From positions 236,034,001-236,098,000 of the forward strand of contig OZ024743.1 of NCBI GenBank assembly GCA_964016885.1: a DNA stretch of 64,000 nt, in the 5' to 3' direction. The notes beneath the pieces are model-generated. The model ran no database searches. It was not told the DNA's origin and saw nothing but the letters and a program-made list of their open reading frames with translations. This stretch comes from Eledone cirrhosa (lineage: Eukaryota). This document shows positions 41,017-53,880 of this stretch, in pieces. The first letter of the stretch is position 1, and every line of letters begins with the position of its first letter. The translations under genes and the position numbers were made by a program.

Positions 41017-42785
41017 AGCCATTCAAAATCACGCGGTCCATCCAACAAGGGTGCCCTCTCTCCTCCCTTCTGTATGTATTGACTCTCGAGCCACTACTGC
41101 GGAAGTTGGAGTTGTTGCAGGGCATCCCTTTGGAACCGGGATTGCGGAAAGCGGTGTCGGCCTACGCCGATGACGTGACAGTAATGGTGTCGACGGCCTC
41201 CGAAATAGGGGTGATCGGCACCTTACTGGAGGAGTACGAAAGGTTCACAGGGGCTAAGCTCAACCGGGACAAGTCAATCGGTTTGCAACTCAGCACGCGG
41301 AGGGGCAAACCGATGCCCTCCGATGGCGTCGTCGGACGCTGGACAGAGGGTCCGGTGAAGTTGCTCGGGGTCTGGTTCAGACCAGACCTCCAGGTGGAAA
41401 AGAACTGGGCGGAGGTTACGAACAGGGTGTTTGCACTGACCCAGAAGTGGGCCAGTTGCAAACTATCCCTGAAAGGTCGGGCGGAGGTGGCGAACACCTA
41501 TATAGCGTCCATCATCTACTACCGCCTGACCCAAGGGAAACCCTCGCAAAGATGAAGCGCGCGCTCTTCCAATTCCTTTGGAAGAGGCGGCTCCCTTGGT
41601 GAGGAGATCCATCTGCTGTCAACACCCTTCGAAAGGAGGGCTGGGGATGCCGTGGCTAATGATGCGTAAACACGCATTAAGGCTATGGCACCTCTACGTA
41701 TTCCTCACCGGTCAACCGGTGTGGGCCTCGTTTGTGAGACGAACCTTTCCCAGACTCGTCTCACTCACCGAGCTGCAATCCTGGGTCAAGCAAAGACCGA
41801 GGAAACTGGGCGCCTGGCACACTGAGTGTGCCCAGGCGCTCACCGCCCTGTGGCAGGCGGATCCGGTTATCAGTGGAGACTCCACCGCAACATTCTATAG
41901 AGGGCTGGTACGCAGCAGGTGCGACGGCGCCCTCGGAGAAGCCCTAGACATGGAGGAAGATGAACTGGCCAGCCTGTTCGGTAGGACATTCAGCCCGGGA
42001 CCTATGGACAACTTCCAAAAGTCCCTGGTCTGGCAGTGCTACCGAGGGGCTCTACCCGTTCGAGAAAAGCTCTACAGACACGGGCGCCCGGGTAGGGGCC
42101 CCACCAAAAAGATCTGTCCCAGGTGCGTGTGCGACGAGGAAACCGTTGCACACGCATTGGTACACTGCTCGGGTGTAGCCGATCTGTGGGGCTATGTCGA
42201 ACATCTGCTGTCAAGGGTGGGACCGATCCGGTTGACCACCGAGTCTATTGTAATGATCAAGGAGAGGCGGTGTTTCTGTGCGTAATAGCCATGGTGAAAG
42301 AGGTATGGTGGACGCGTCTGAAAGGACTGAGGTCAGGCACCTTTCTCTCTGGCCAACAACTGGTCCGTTTCTTCCTATATCATTTCAGAAGAAGGATCAG
42401 GATGGAGAGAGAGATGTGCTCCACCCCAGTCGTTTTTATGAAAGGTGGGTGAAAGTGGCGAGAATGGCCCGTGTGAATGGGCCTTCTCTTTACATAAGCC
42501 TGTAGGTGGAAAAGAGGAAGGAACGACGGAGCACCCCCTCTCTGTGCTCCTGAGGAGAAGGGTTGCACACTTTTTTCGGGGGTGTGTGTGACCCCCCCCC
42601 CCCCCCAAGGCGCCTCCTCTCTATTGAGGATTTTGTTATAAATTTTATTTTGTTATATTTTATATTTTATTTTATTTTTGTATTTTGTTATTGCCTCCTC
42701 CTTATTGAGGACGCCTTTGCATGTAAACTCCCCCCATTGTACTTGTCCCACTTTTTGATGCCCTGGTGGCAAATAAAAAGAAACA
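41017..42785 (+). mobile_element. Second, 5'-truncated Tx1 copy
   Basis: Collinear with 38473-40209 but diverged. Retains AYADD. Same AATAAAAAGAAAC end followed by ATATCT..GTCTGTCTATCT. Confidence 0.92.
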
Positions 42786-42814
42786 TATCTTACATATCTG
42801 TCTGTCTATCTACA

Positions 42815-42975
42815 CACATGGCTTAGTTGTTAGAGCATTGGGCTTGCAATCGAAAGGTTGTGAGTTCAATTCTCGGACCGGGTGATGTGTTGTTTCCTTG
42901 AGCAAGACACTTTACTTCACATTGCTCCAGTTTACTCAGTAGAAATGAGATGATAGGACTGGGGTCCCTATCATT
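42815..42975 (+). mobile_element. CORE-SINE, 3' truncated
   Basis: Matches 13531-13700. Confidence 0.8.
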
Positions 42976-43217
42976 AAAATCATCCAAGACACCTCCAACA
43001 AGATATACCTTGGAGGAGGCCAGCTAAACGTGTATAGGTGGGAGCTGTCACACACAGGTATAACTAGCCCTGACATATATACCAACCTCACCTTTATAGT
43101 TCCACCAGGTGGGTGACAAGTGTTATTTTCAGTATATCAACCAAATATTAGAAACAGATTAACAGATACAAAGGAGTAAAGACATAGTGGTTGTTTTTTT
43201 CTTTGTTTTATTTTGTA

Positions 43218-43605
43218 TACTTTCGGGTCTCGAATAACCCCTGATCCCCCTCCTCGAGATTATTAATATTTCAGATTTTTTCCATTCCCCACACCCTGCT
43301 CAATAAATTTTAATCTATCTCTGGCAAAATTTCATTATAAGTGGTAGCATTCCTGCAACAATTAATTTTCTTTAGACATCAAAGTACATTTCAAGGAATG
43401 TTATAAAATGTTATAAAATGTTATAAAATAAATAGAATGGGTTGGGTGGGGTCTCAATATGTAAACTAAACGACTAATTCTGAGGGTTTTTTTAAATCAA
43501 CGGAGACAACCGAGAAAAATTACCCATTTTACACCCCACTCCGCGTATCCCAACACCCTCCTCCGCATTTTCCCCCACCACACTATTATTTGGGACCCGA
43601 GAGTT
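43218..43605. mobile_element. MITE (~390 bp) with TIRs
   Basis: TACTTTCGGGTCTCGAATAA ... TTATTTGGGACCCGAGAGT. Confidence 0.65.
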
Positions 43606-43859
43606 CTTTATCTAGGAAGACTATATACATTCAATGGAAATGTTATTTTAAGACAGGAGTTTAACTGCAATTTCTAGCATGTCACACAGCCACATAGTGG
43701 CACCTCACACCTCTCGTTGACAAGATACTTGTAGCTTTCATGTTTAACATAGGAATCCAATATTCGAGATATTTTTTTTTAAACAATATTTCTCACTTTC
43801 TTCAAAGAATGTTTTATCCCCATCAAATTTCTAACTGAAGTGGAGATAACTGTGGGCTG

Positions 43860-44285
43860 AAACATAAGCAAGGGAGGCAACTCAGCAAATTTGAATGTGG
43901 CTGAGAAGCTGGACACCTTTCAACGATGTTGCCTGCAGAAAATAATCTGCAGACGACAACTGGAGAAATGAAGACATTCATAAGCGAGACAAGTCCTAGC
44001 CATTGTAAAACAATGCAGAGGTGTGTCGACTTTGCTTGGGGAGTCACATATTGTGCCTCTTAGTTACTTGGCATCTAAATACTGCAATGTCGTGGGTAGG
44101 AATAGGAAAACCAGCGGAGAGGTCGGGTTCAATCTAAGAATACTTGGTGGCGAACAATCCAAGAGGATGTCAGATGCACAGGAATTTGTCGGACAGATAC
44201 AAGAACTACAGCAGGAGAATTGGCCGTACTAGAGGGAGCTTACTACTTTGAGTGCCTCATCACATCAGAAGACTTAAGATGACAA
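43860..44285 (+). mobile_element. Old RTE-like LINE C-terminal remnant
   Basis: AEKLDTFQRCCLQKI.. and ..KNTWWRTIQEDV.. translations. Confidence 0.5.
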
Positions 44286-44799
44286 AGATTTGTATTTATA
44301 GGCTCAGTAAAAATGTATATCAATAAACGTATAAGACGAATGAATTAATGAAACATAAATATTTAGTAATAACAAATCATTGTATATACTAGCGTAAAAG
44401 TCGCACATTTAGCCAGGAAAATACGATGTAAAAACCAAAATGTATTGCAAATATACTCTCAAATCTCGAATAACCGTTCCCACCCTCACTTATTAATCCT
44501 CCCACCAAGTACAAATTTTATTGATTAGTTTTACTTTAGCATCGCTAAGTTACGAAACCAGACACAAACGTAAACATAAGATACAAACACACCCACACAG
44601 ATGGGCTTCTACATAGTTTCCGTATACCAAATTCCACTCAAGTCATGTCAACCTGGGACAATCGTAGAAAAGACGCGGCAGAATTAACCTAGAACCACAA
44701 GGTTGTAAGCGAACTCCTTAACCACACAGCCCTGCACCTTCTTGATACCGTAGTGCACCTCTACACAATACTTTTCATTTCAATATTATTATATCTTAT

Positions 44800-45020
44800 T
44801 GAGAGCAGTGGATTGGCAGTATCGGTAGAGGATCAGACGCCATGCTTTGGAACATAGAGTTATGGCCCTTTATGATCTGAGTTCAAATCCCGCCGAGGTT
44901 AACTTTGCGTTTCATCCTTAAGGCGTCGATAAAATAAAGTACCAGTTATGCACTGGGGTCGATTTAATCGACTTTCCCCTCCCCCAAAATTTCTGGCCTT
45001 GTGTCTATATAAGAAACCAA
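44800..45020 (+). mobile_element. Full Meta/MESC-like tRNA-derived SINE
   Basis: A box TGGCAGTATCGG, B box GTTCAAATCC, central TTTCATCCTT..GGCGTCGATAAAATAAAGTACCAG. Confidence 0.8.
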
Positions 45021-45099
45021 TATTATATCTGACACTGAACCAAGGAGTAAGATTAGACTCAATATTTGTGGGTGTGATGTTGGTTTGTTTCTAATCAAT

Positions 45100-45375
45100 G
45101 TTACCAACCAAGATCTTGTCCAGGACCCCATATCTTAACCAGCCAGCTTTGACCCTCCTAGGAAGCAACATGTGTCCTTTAATCCACACAACACATGCCA
45201 GGACAGCCAATCATCTCCATAGATGGAAAATGAAAGCCTGTGGAGACCCTGACCAGACAGTACTGCACGTTGTTTGGGCTTGCCCCCCCTCAGAAGTTTT
45301 CCAGACAACCTGGATGTAATCCATGCTACAAATGACACCCGAGTCTGGCTCGCCGGTCTTCATCTGCCTCTTACT
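45100..45375 (+). mobile_element. Vingi/Ingi-like LINE C-terminal remnant
   Basis: PASFDPPRK...HARTANHLHRWKMK.ACGDPDQTVLHVVWACP (CCHC-type). Clade assignment is from memory. Confidence 0.5.
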
Positions 45376-45399
45376 ATTGTACATAAGTCATACAGACTT

Positions 45400-45852
45400 T
45401 AGGGAGGCTCCCGTACAGCTCTGAGTTCTTCATCCTCAGTGTATACTAATTAATGTTCAGAGCCATCCTCAACATACTCGTGTAGCACCCATCCACCATC
45501 TGAGTGAGTTTCTTGGTCAGTGTCCAAGTCTCAGACCCGTACAGCAGCACAGACTCCACTACAACAACGAAGAGACGGATCTTCAGGTCTCTAACAGTCA
45601 GCTCGAGAGTAGCACAGAGGAGACTGAGGTTAGCTGGACATGCTCACCGACATCCCGAGTTGACACTGCACTCAGTGCTCCTGTGGGAGCCCCTGCATGG
45701 ACACACTGGAAGAAGACCAAGGTTAACATATGTTGATGCCTTCAGGATAGACACTGGTCTCCTGGAGACCAGGACATGGCAGCGATAATGAGGGACAGAG
45801 ACCGCTGGATAGAACTCGTCCATGGATCTCGGGAATTTTACCCGCCCTAGTG
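45400..45852 (+). mobile_element. RTEX-like LINE 3' fragment with inverted 5' segment
   Basis: 45400-45588 reads on - strand LKIRLFVVVVESVLLYGSETWTLTKKL..VDGCYTSMLRMALNI. 45590-45852 reads on + strand QRRLRLAGHAHRHPE..LLWEP.HG..GRRPRLTYVD. Confidence 0.75.
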
Positions 45853-47290
45853 ATATGTCATACAAGGTGACGGTCTATTAACTAACAGAAGCTAGTCCAA
45901 GGGAGATAATTCATACTGACTAAACATTCCAGCTAAGAAAGTCAAACATTCGCTGTTTTAATTCTATAGTTTCAATCATTTATTAGAATACGACCATGCT
46001 GGAGCATGGTCTCGATTTAATTGAATCAGGGATCACTGTCAATCATAGGTCATTCTGTACAAGTCAACACGTATCACAGGTCACTGTATACCACAAGTCA
46101 ACGTGTATCACAGGTCCCTGTGTACCAAAGGCCCTTGTGCATCGCAGATCACTGTGTATCGCAGATCACTGAGTATCGCAGATCACTGAGTATTGCAGGT
46201 CACTGTGTATCACAAGTCAGTATGTACCAAAGGTCACTGTGTATCACAGGTCAGTGTTATCACAGGTCACTGTGTATTAAGGACCAGTGTACTTTTTGAT
46301 TACTGTGTGAAATGATTAGACTGTAGTTCCTATCATTAAAACACCGAGGAAACTTTAGAAGCAGCCTTGAGAGGGCCAGCTAAACCTACATGGATGAAAG
46401 CTGTAACAGCACAAAGAGTCAATCATTAAAACATCTGAGAAACCTCCTGAGATACCAGCTTGTTTGTAGGGAGAGTGAGGCAGTAGCCATGACCATCACA
46501 GAACCTCTGAAAATGGATTTAAACAGTAATAAAATAAAAAAACAAAAGCCTAAAGCATCAATCAAACTATGGTTAAATATTGATTTCTAAAAGAAAGGAA
46601 AAGTTAAAGATCTCTTCAGCAGAAATGAAACAAAGTTACAGACTATATATTAATATTCTCAGACAATTTGAAATATATTGAAGATAGAGTATAGAAAGAG
46701 TGGAGGGGGAGAAGAAGTGTAGATTGTGTTTGGTTTGGAGGCATTGAGAACAATTAACCTAGTATAATGAGAGTGAAATCAACCTAATCACTGTGGAACA
46801 TGTCTATGTGAACAATACGTGAATCAGTGACGAGACATTCAATTAAGCTGAAGTAATCTAAAGTCTACAGGAATTGAAGAATGTCTTGGAATGGTTAATG
46901 AAAGTGGCTATGGCTTTTTAGAATCAACTGAAAATTACTTGAAATATTACATAAGGATGATAAAGAAAATGTTGTTAGATAGTAATATATTATATTAATC
47001 ATTTACTAGTTTCATTTGACTCTGGCCATGCTTCAGCACTGTCTTGAATTTGATCATATCAACCCCAGTACTTATTTTTTCTATTCTGACACTTATTTTA
47101 TCAATCTTTTGGGGTTGTTGTTGTGCTGCTAATGTATGGGACATAAATACAGGCATTTTTAATTAAAAACAAAAACTGTTAATAGAGTTTTAAGTCAACC
47201 TTAGTAAACAGCTCGTATATACATACACAGTCTCAATGTTATACTGTACAACAGAATATATAGAGATTTTTTGCCAACATTGTATGTATA

Positions 47291-47328
<38 letters not shown>

Positions 47329-47702
47329 CCAGGGGTCTCAAAAGGGCCAGTATATCATGAGGGAGAGGTACAGTGAGACCAAAGTGAGGGGGGAGGAGGC
47401 ATGATTTCCACTAGTCATAACACTACAATACAGCTGATAAGCTGCTATTTATTGTTTCATCAAAATAAATACACATATGGCAGTAAGTGGGGAATGTAAA
47501 TTAATACAAAATTTAGGGGACAAATTTTACGTTTCAAATTTTCCTTAATTCCATTTTTACATTTTGTAAATTTCCTTTTTTCTGTTTACATTTTACATAA
47601 ATTTTGTTTTTTCCATTTTGAGGGTAAATTACAAATTCTATTATAACAATGGAAAATAAAGTAAAATATCAAATCTATCAAAACTAATTTCCTCATGTTC
47701 AG

Positions 47703-48030
47703 GTGTGTGAGATTATCTCAGTTGGACAGAGATCAATAATTGATTTGGTCATTGTCTCTGATCTCTTCAATTCTGTGCTGAATGTTTGTGTTAAGGGAGG
47801 GGCTGAGCTGTCAACTGATCACAATCTAGTTATATGTAACTTGAGACTACATAAAGCCAAAGAAGCCCACAAAACTGGCAGGTGCAGGTCGACCTACAGG
47901 ATAAAGTGGGAAGTGCTGATAAAGCCAACTGGCAGGAGACCCAGGGGTTAGAAAACATCCAGATCAGTTGGAAGGAGTGTTTGAGGACTCTGCCCCCACG
48001 ACCCTCTCAGGAATAAGGTGGGCGAAGAAG
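47703..48030 (+). mobile_element. Internally deleted Rex3/Expander-like RTE remnant
   Basis: GQRSIIDLVIVSDL...VKGGAELSTDHNLV (endonuclease end) fused to PTGRRPRG (ORF end). Confidence 0.6.
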
Positions 48031-48394
48031 AAAATCTCAGTCATCCTTCCACCTTAACAGGTCCTTCAAACAAGCTGATGTAGATTTCACTAATGTTCTT
48101 ATAAAGAATGTTTTTTAAATGTATATTAGGCTATATATTTCTACTTTTCAGTTTTGATTTTTAAAGTGAAAGTGATTGAAATATCAAAGTACATTCTCCC
48201 CTTCTCTGTGGAGAAACATGGTCAAACCCTCATAAAACTGTTGACTGTTTACATTAGATTGTTAGGTCTTAATACTGCTGCAAGTGTAGGGACGAGGGAC
48301 AAATGGCTAAGTTTTAGGAAAATATTAATTACAAAATTGTTCTACAGCAGGCTGTGTGTTTGATATCCCTAATATATACTATACTATCGTAGAC

Positions 48395-48700
48395 CCCCTT
48401 CACTCACAAATGACCATGGGATTTACAACTAGAAAGTTCCTCCTCTGAGGCACAAGTCCAGGCAAGGTAGTTTGCAGAAGACCAGCAGTCATACATAACA
48501 GTCACCCCTCTCCACGCCACCAATGTTGTCCAAGGGAATACAGCTTGACACCAGTGACGTCTCAACTCATTTCTACAGCTGAGTGAACTGGAGCAACGTG
48601 AAATAAAGTGTCTTGCTCAAGAACACAACACACAGTCTGGTCTGGGATTCAAACTCACAACCTTACAATTGAGAGCTCAACGCTCTAAGCCATGCAAGTT
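48395..48700 (-). mobile_element. CORE-SINE (different 3' body)
   Basis: CTCATTTCTACAGCTGAGTGAACTGGAGCAACGTGAAATAAAGTGTCTTGCTCAAG on + is the reverse-complement CORE, with tRNA-like head to the right. Confidence 0.75.
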
Positions 48701-48787
48701 CATACTGTACTACACAGAATGTATCTATAGATTTTTTTAGTTAACTGTGTGCGTGTGCATGTGTGTGTATATATATATATATTCTGT

Positions 48788-49117
48788 GGAGGCACATGGC
48801 TTAGTGGTTAGAGCATTGGCCTTGTAATCGAAAGGTTGTGAGTTCAATTCTCAGACCGGGGGATGTGTTGTTTCCTTGAGCAAGACACTTTATTTCACAT
48901 TGCTCCAGTTTACTCAGCTGTAGAAATGAGATTATAGGGATTGGGGTCCCTATCATTCCACTGTAAAATGGACATGTAGGTGCCACAGCAAAAAAGCACC
49001 CAGCACTCACTGTGAGGTTGGTGTTAGGAAGGGCATCCAGCTGTAGAAATCAAGCCAGAATAAGTTCCTGTCCCACCCTTGCAAGCAGGGAAAAGTGGAC
49101 GTAAAAATGATGATGAT
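48788..49117 (+). mobile_element. Full-length CORE-SINE with RTE-type tail
   Basis: Same family as 13531-13879. Confidence 0.85.
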
Positions 49118-49184
49118 ACTGTACTATAGCATATATAATCAACACTAATTGTTAACATATAAAATAGTTGTGTACATAAAAAGA

Positions 49185-49238
49185 GGGATCAGTTAGCCTA
49201 GTTTCAATCCATCATTGAGACTTCATCAGTATCTCCCA
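49185..49238 (-). ncRNA. Degenerate hammerhead-like core
   Basis: - strand: GGGAGATA CTGATGA AGTCT..GGATT GAAA CTAG... Cleavage triplet and stem I are eroded. Confidence 0.35.
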
Positions 49239-49440
49239 ACACTACTAACACACAGCTCATAAAACCATTATTAGTGGCTTATGTAAACTTGATAGACTAG
49301 TTAACATGTATAACACATTGTTGGCAGCTGGTTCGATTAATAAATTAGTGCCGCATTAAACGTGACTTACACACACACACACACACGCTACCATAGAAAA
49401 ACAGGCATTAAATGGTGATAATTCATATAAATTCACATCC

Positions 49441-49476
<36 letters not shown>

Positions 49477-49592
49477 CACACACACAAGTGCGATGACACA
49501 TGCACAATGACACACATATGCACATGCATACACACACTCATACGTGATAACATATACACACACACACACAAATATATATACACACATAACAC

Positions 49593-49625
<33 letters not shown>

Positions 49626-50034
49626 TATGTATATATATATATGCACACATACACAACACACATAACACACACACACTGAGCACACCTGTGGTTACTTTTA
49701 ATTTCCACTAAAATTAATTCAATGTAATGTAGAAAACTTAGATTTAGTAGACGTTAAATTTGTCAGATTTTTTAAATATATTGTAATTTCCTTTCTTAAC
49801 GATTAATGAAATGGTAATTAAGACAAATTAGTAGACATCAACAAAGTAATTATAGTTTTATATGATTTATTATATTTTATATAATGTTTATATCAACAGC
49901 ACAGTTGTTAATCTTAAGTATTAATTAACTGCAACTATATATAATAAATGGCATCATAGCCACTGATGTCTATACTTGCTTGGATATGTTGTCACTTTCT
50001 CACAGTAGACACATGACATGCCTCTACCTTGTCA

Positions 50035-50510
50035 GTTCCATTCTGGTATTGTTTCTATAGCTGAGTGCTGCTTCTAACTCAACCACTTCTTAGTGTGGAC
50101 TGGGTGTTTTACCATGACACCAACACTACCACTTTACAGAGTGTACTGGGTGTGTTATATCATGACACCAACACTACCACTTTACAGAGTGTAGTGAGTG
50201 TATTTTACCATGACACCAACACTACCACTTTACAGCATGTATTAAGTGTGTTTTATCTTAACATCAGCACTACCACTTTACAGGGTGTACTGGGTATATT
50301 TTGTGCTGCCCGCACTGCCACTTTACAGAGTGTACTGGGTGTATTTTATCGTGACACCAACACTACCAGTTTACAGAGTGTACTGGGTGTATTTTATCTT
50401 GGCATCAGCACTACCACATTACAGAGTGTACTGGGTGTATTTTATCATGGCACCAGCTCTACCACATTGTAAAATGGACAGTGTGCTATTTATCATGAAC
50501 GCAGCACTAT
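50035..50510 (-). repeat. Diverged 60-bp minisatellite from the RTE/SINE tail module
   Basis: ACCACTTTACAGAGTGTACTGGGTGTATTTTATCATGACACCAAC is the reverse complement of the 1098-1800 unit. Confidence 0.8.
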
Positions 50511-51069
50511 CAATTTACTATGTCTATGCAGCGGCAACATTGCACTAGATGTGGGAGCAGGACTTTGTGGATCACATTACACAAAAAAATATTTTAAATA
50601 TTTGAAAGTAATTTATAGTTCCAATAAGATTGCAAGCTGTGGAATTTGAGGGAGATTTGGTTGCTATTTCCAATAGGACAAGCAGCTATATAAGGAACTC
50701 CCTCGTTAGTTAAATTAGTGCAATTGTTAATTAATTTGTGGAATTAATACATGTGGAATATTTCAGTTTTATTTAAAACTCTTTCTTGAAAGTGGATAAT
50801 CTAAAAATATTAATAATTGTAAAATTCCAGATTAATCTTCTATAATCTTCTTAAAGTCTACTGTGCCAGCTAATTACTGATATTAGTAGCTGAATCTATG
50901 TCGTCTACTTAGTATCTCAGCTATTAATTTTACCAGAAAATAAGGGAAACGTATTCTAGAGTAAATGAATAAAAACATTTTTAAAAACTGTCAATTACTG
51001 CAATATTTTTTACCTGTGTTTGTTTATTCCCATGAAACCTTCAGATTTTCTGATACCAACATGGTCAAA

Positions 51070-51333
51070 ACACACTGCAAAGTGGTTATGTAGGTGTCAT
51101 GACAAAAAGCATTCAGTACACACTGTAAAGTGGTTGTGTAGTTGTCATGGCAAAAAGCAGCCAGTACACACTGTAAAGTGGTTGGCATTAGGAACGGTAT
51201 CCAGCTGTAGAAACCAAGCCAAAATCAGTTCTATATGAGCAAGACATGGCCATATGACCAACTTATCTTACAACAGGACAACCCATCTAACCCATGCTAG
51301 CATGGAAAATAGACATTAAACAGTGATGATGAT
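51070..51333 (+). mobile_element. RTE/SINE tail fragment
   Basis: Two tail modules, then TTAGGAACGGTATCCAGCTGTAGAAAC...CCCATGCTAGCATGGAAAA...GATGATGAT. Confidence 0.75.
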
Positions 51334-52039
51334 TGCAGGAAAATCCACAACTCCAATAAAAACCAAATGTATAAATTTGTGAACCTATCTCACAAACATC
51401 ACTATAGAACTATCTCAACAAAGAAACAAACTAACAGGGGTTAGTCATGTGGGCCAAATTACATGGGAGTCGTTTTTTAGACAAGATCTTTACAGCCAAA
51501 TAATCATCCGTGATGTGAAACCAGCTCTTACAACAAGCAGGGTTACAATATAGCTATCCTACAACCAATTCCACTCCATTCTCAGAGTTTAGTGGTGGGA
51601 AGAGTATCTTACTGTAGAATCAACTTCAATTATAATCAAATACAAAAATGTGTGAACCTAGGCAAGAAGCTATAGAACAATTTATTAAAGCAAAGATACG
51701 TTTCTACTTCACTGCTGGGTGATTAATAGTGGCAAGAATATTGCTGTAGAATCAGCTGCTTCAATAATAAATGTAGAAATCCAAGAACACATTCCACTCA
51801 TAGTGCCACAACAAAAAGCAATAACATTTTAAACGTCAAAGGTTTATAGTCTATAAATTGAAATTTAATTATAAATAGATATAGAATAACAAGACAATAG
51901 AAATAAAACATTGTTGTGGTTAAGTTTAATATATTCTGTTGTACTTATTGCAATCTAAATATGAAACATGGAGAGAAAGAGTTAAGTTGTGGTGAGAAAC
52001 ATAAAACACAATTGTTAATCTGTAGCTTCCTTTGGTGTA

Positions 52040-53260
52040 GTCTGTGACTAATAAACGCTCTGCTGCACTTCGGGCCAAGGAGGGTAAACTCTCCAAATAT
52101 TGGTCACACTCCAACAGGTTTGCAGTCAAGCCCATAGCAGTGGAGACTTCAGGTGTCCTTGGCCCTAAGACTACCTCCCTACTCACCACCATCAGTATGA
52201 AGTTGGCTACCCACAGCAGTGGAGACTTCAGATGTCCTTGGCCCTAGGACCACCTCCCTACTCACCACCATCGGTACAGAGTTGGTTACCCGCAGGTGTG
52301 GAGACTTTTGGTGTCCTTGGCCCTAGGACCACCTCCCTACTCACCACCATCGGTACAGAGTTGGTTACCCGCAGGTGTGGAGACTTTTGGTGTCCTTGGC
52401 TCTAGGACTACCTCCCTACTCACCACCATCGGCACAGAGTTGGTTACCCGCAGGTGTGGAGACTTTTGGTGTCCTTGGCTCTAGGACTACCTCCCTACTC
52501 ACCACCATCGGCACAGAGTTGGTTACCCGCAGGTGTGGAGACTTTTGGTGTCCTTGGCTCTAGGACTACCTCCCTACTCACCACCATCGGTACACAGTTG
52601 GTTACCCGCAGGTGTGGAGACTTTTGGTGTCCTTGGCTCTAGGACTACCTCCCTACTCACCACCATCGGCACAGAGTTGGTTACCCGCAGGTGTGGAGAC
52701 TTTTGGTGTCCTTGGCCCTAGGACCACCTCCCTACTCACCACCATCGGCACAGAGTTGGCTACCCACAGCAGTGGAGACTTCAGATGTCCTTGGCCCTAG
52801 GACCATCTCCCTACTCACCACCATCGGCACAGAGTTGGTTACCCGCAGGTGTGGAGACTTTTGGTGTCCTTGGTTCTAGGACTACCTCCCTACTCACCAC
52901 CATCGGTATGGAGTTGGCTACCCGCAGGTGTGGAGACTTTTGGTGTCCTTGGCTCTAGGACTACCTCCCTACTCACCACCATCGGCACAGAGTTGGTTAC
53001 CCGCAGGTGTGGAGACTTTTGGTGTCCTTGGTTCTAGGACTACCTCCCTACTCACCACCATCGGTATGGAGTTGGCTACCCGCAGGTGTGGAGACTTTTG
53101 GTGTCCTTGGCTCTAGGACTACCTCCCTACTCACCACCATCGGTATGGAGTTGGCTACCCGCAGGTGAGCCTCGCAAGCTGGAATGGATCCTCCAACATA
53201 TCTCCCTCATCACCCTCTAGGTAAAACACCTCTATTCTATCTGCCACTAGAAAAATAAAA
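52040..53260 (+). mobile_element. CRE-clade non-LTR restriction-like endonuclease C-terminal fragment containing a 79-bp satellite
   Basis: AALRAKEGKLSKY...FAVKPIAVETSGVLGPKTTSLLTTI..KLA, and after the array GEPRKLEWILQHISL. Confidence 0.65.
52140..53167. repeat. 79-bp minisatellite, ~13 copies
   Basis: GTGGAGACTTTTGGTGTCCTTGGCTCTAGGACTACCTCCCTACTCACCACCATCGGCACAGAGTTGGTTACCCGCAGGT. Confidence 0.95.
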
Positions 53261-53319
53261 AGTCTAATTTTCTTCTATGTTCTTTCTATTTGCAATTATT
53301 CACAGAAACAGAACATTTG

Positions 53320-53560
53320 TACAGAACTGTTGGAGACATAGAGTGGTTGTAAATATATAATAGAACTTTGGAGACATAGAATGGTTGTAATAGAACTGTT
53401 GTAGACACAGAATGGTTGTAATAGAACTGTTGGAGAAACAGAATGGTTGTAATAGAACTGTTGGAGAAACAGAATGGTTGTAATAGAACTGTTGCAGACA
53501 CAGAATGGTTGTAATAGAACTTTGGAGACATAGAATGGTTGTAATAGAACTGAGACAGAG
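53320..53560. repeat. 31-bp minisatellite
   Basis: AGAATGGTTGTAATAGAACTGTTGGAGAAAC units. Confidence 0.85.
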
Positions 53561-53749
53561 AATGAATATAAATATAGAAGTATTATTGGAGACAGAGAGA
53601 GTTTGTATTTCATAGAAACCATGCCAAATATGGAATGTTTGAGCAAACTGAGGTCTTTCCAGTCTTTGATTGTGACAACCCATGACAGCATGGATGGTCG
53701 ATCTGTGATGATGTACATATACTACTGCAATTATTGGTAACACAGTGTA

Positions 53750-53804
<55 letters not shown>

Positions 53805-53880
53805 CGGAGGAGTTGTGGTAAGGAACCAGATGGACCATAGCGCACCAGAGCACTCAATACTTAGGATAGTAGAGTGGGTA

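Noticed and set aside
46320-46980. Unique-looking purine-rich sequence with a short ORF (also 60720-61200)
   Set aside because: No recognisable domain, sustained reading frame or repeat hallmark.
52140-53167. CRISPR-like regular array (also 1098-1800 and 22555-22990)
   Set aside because: Whole units are repeated with no unique spacers, there are no cas genes, and the context is eukaryotic.
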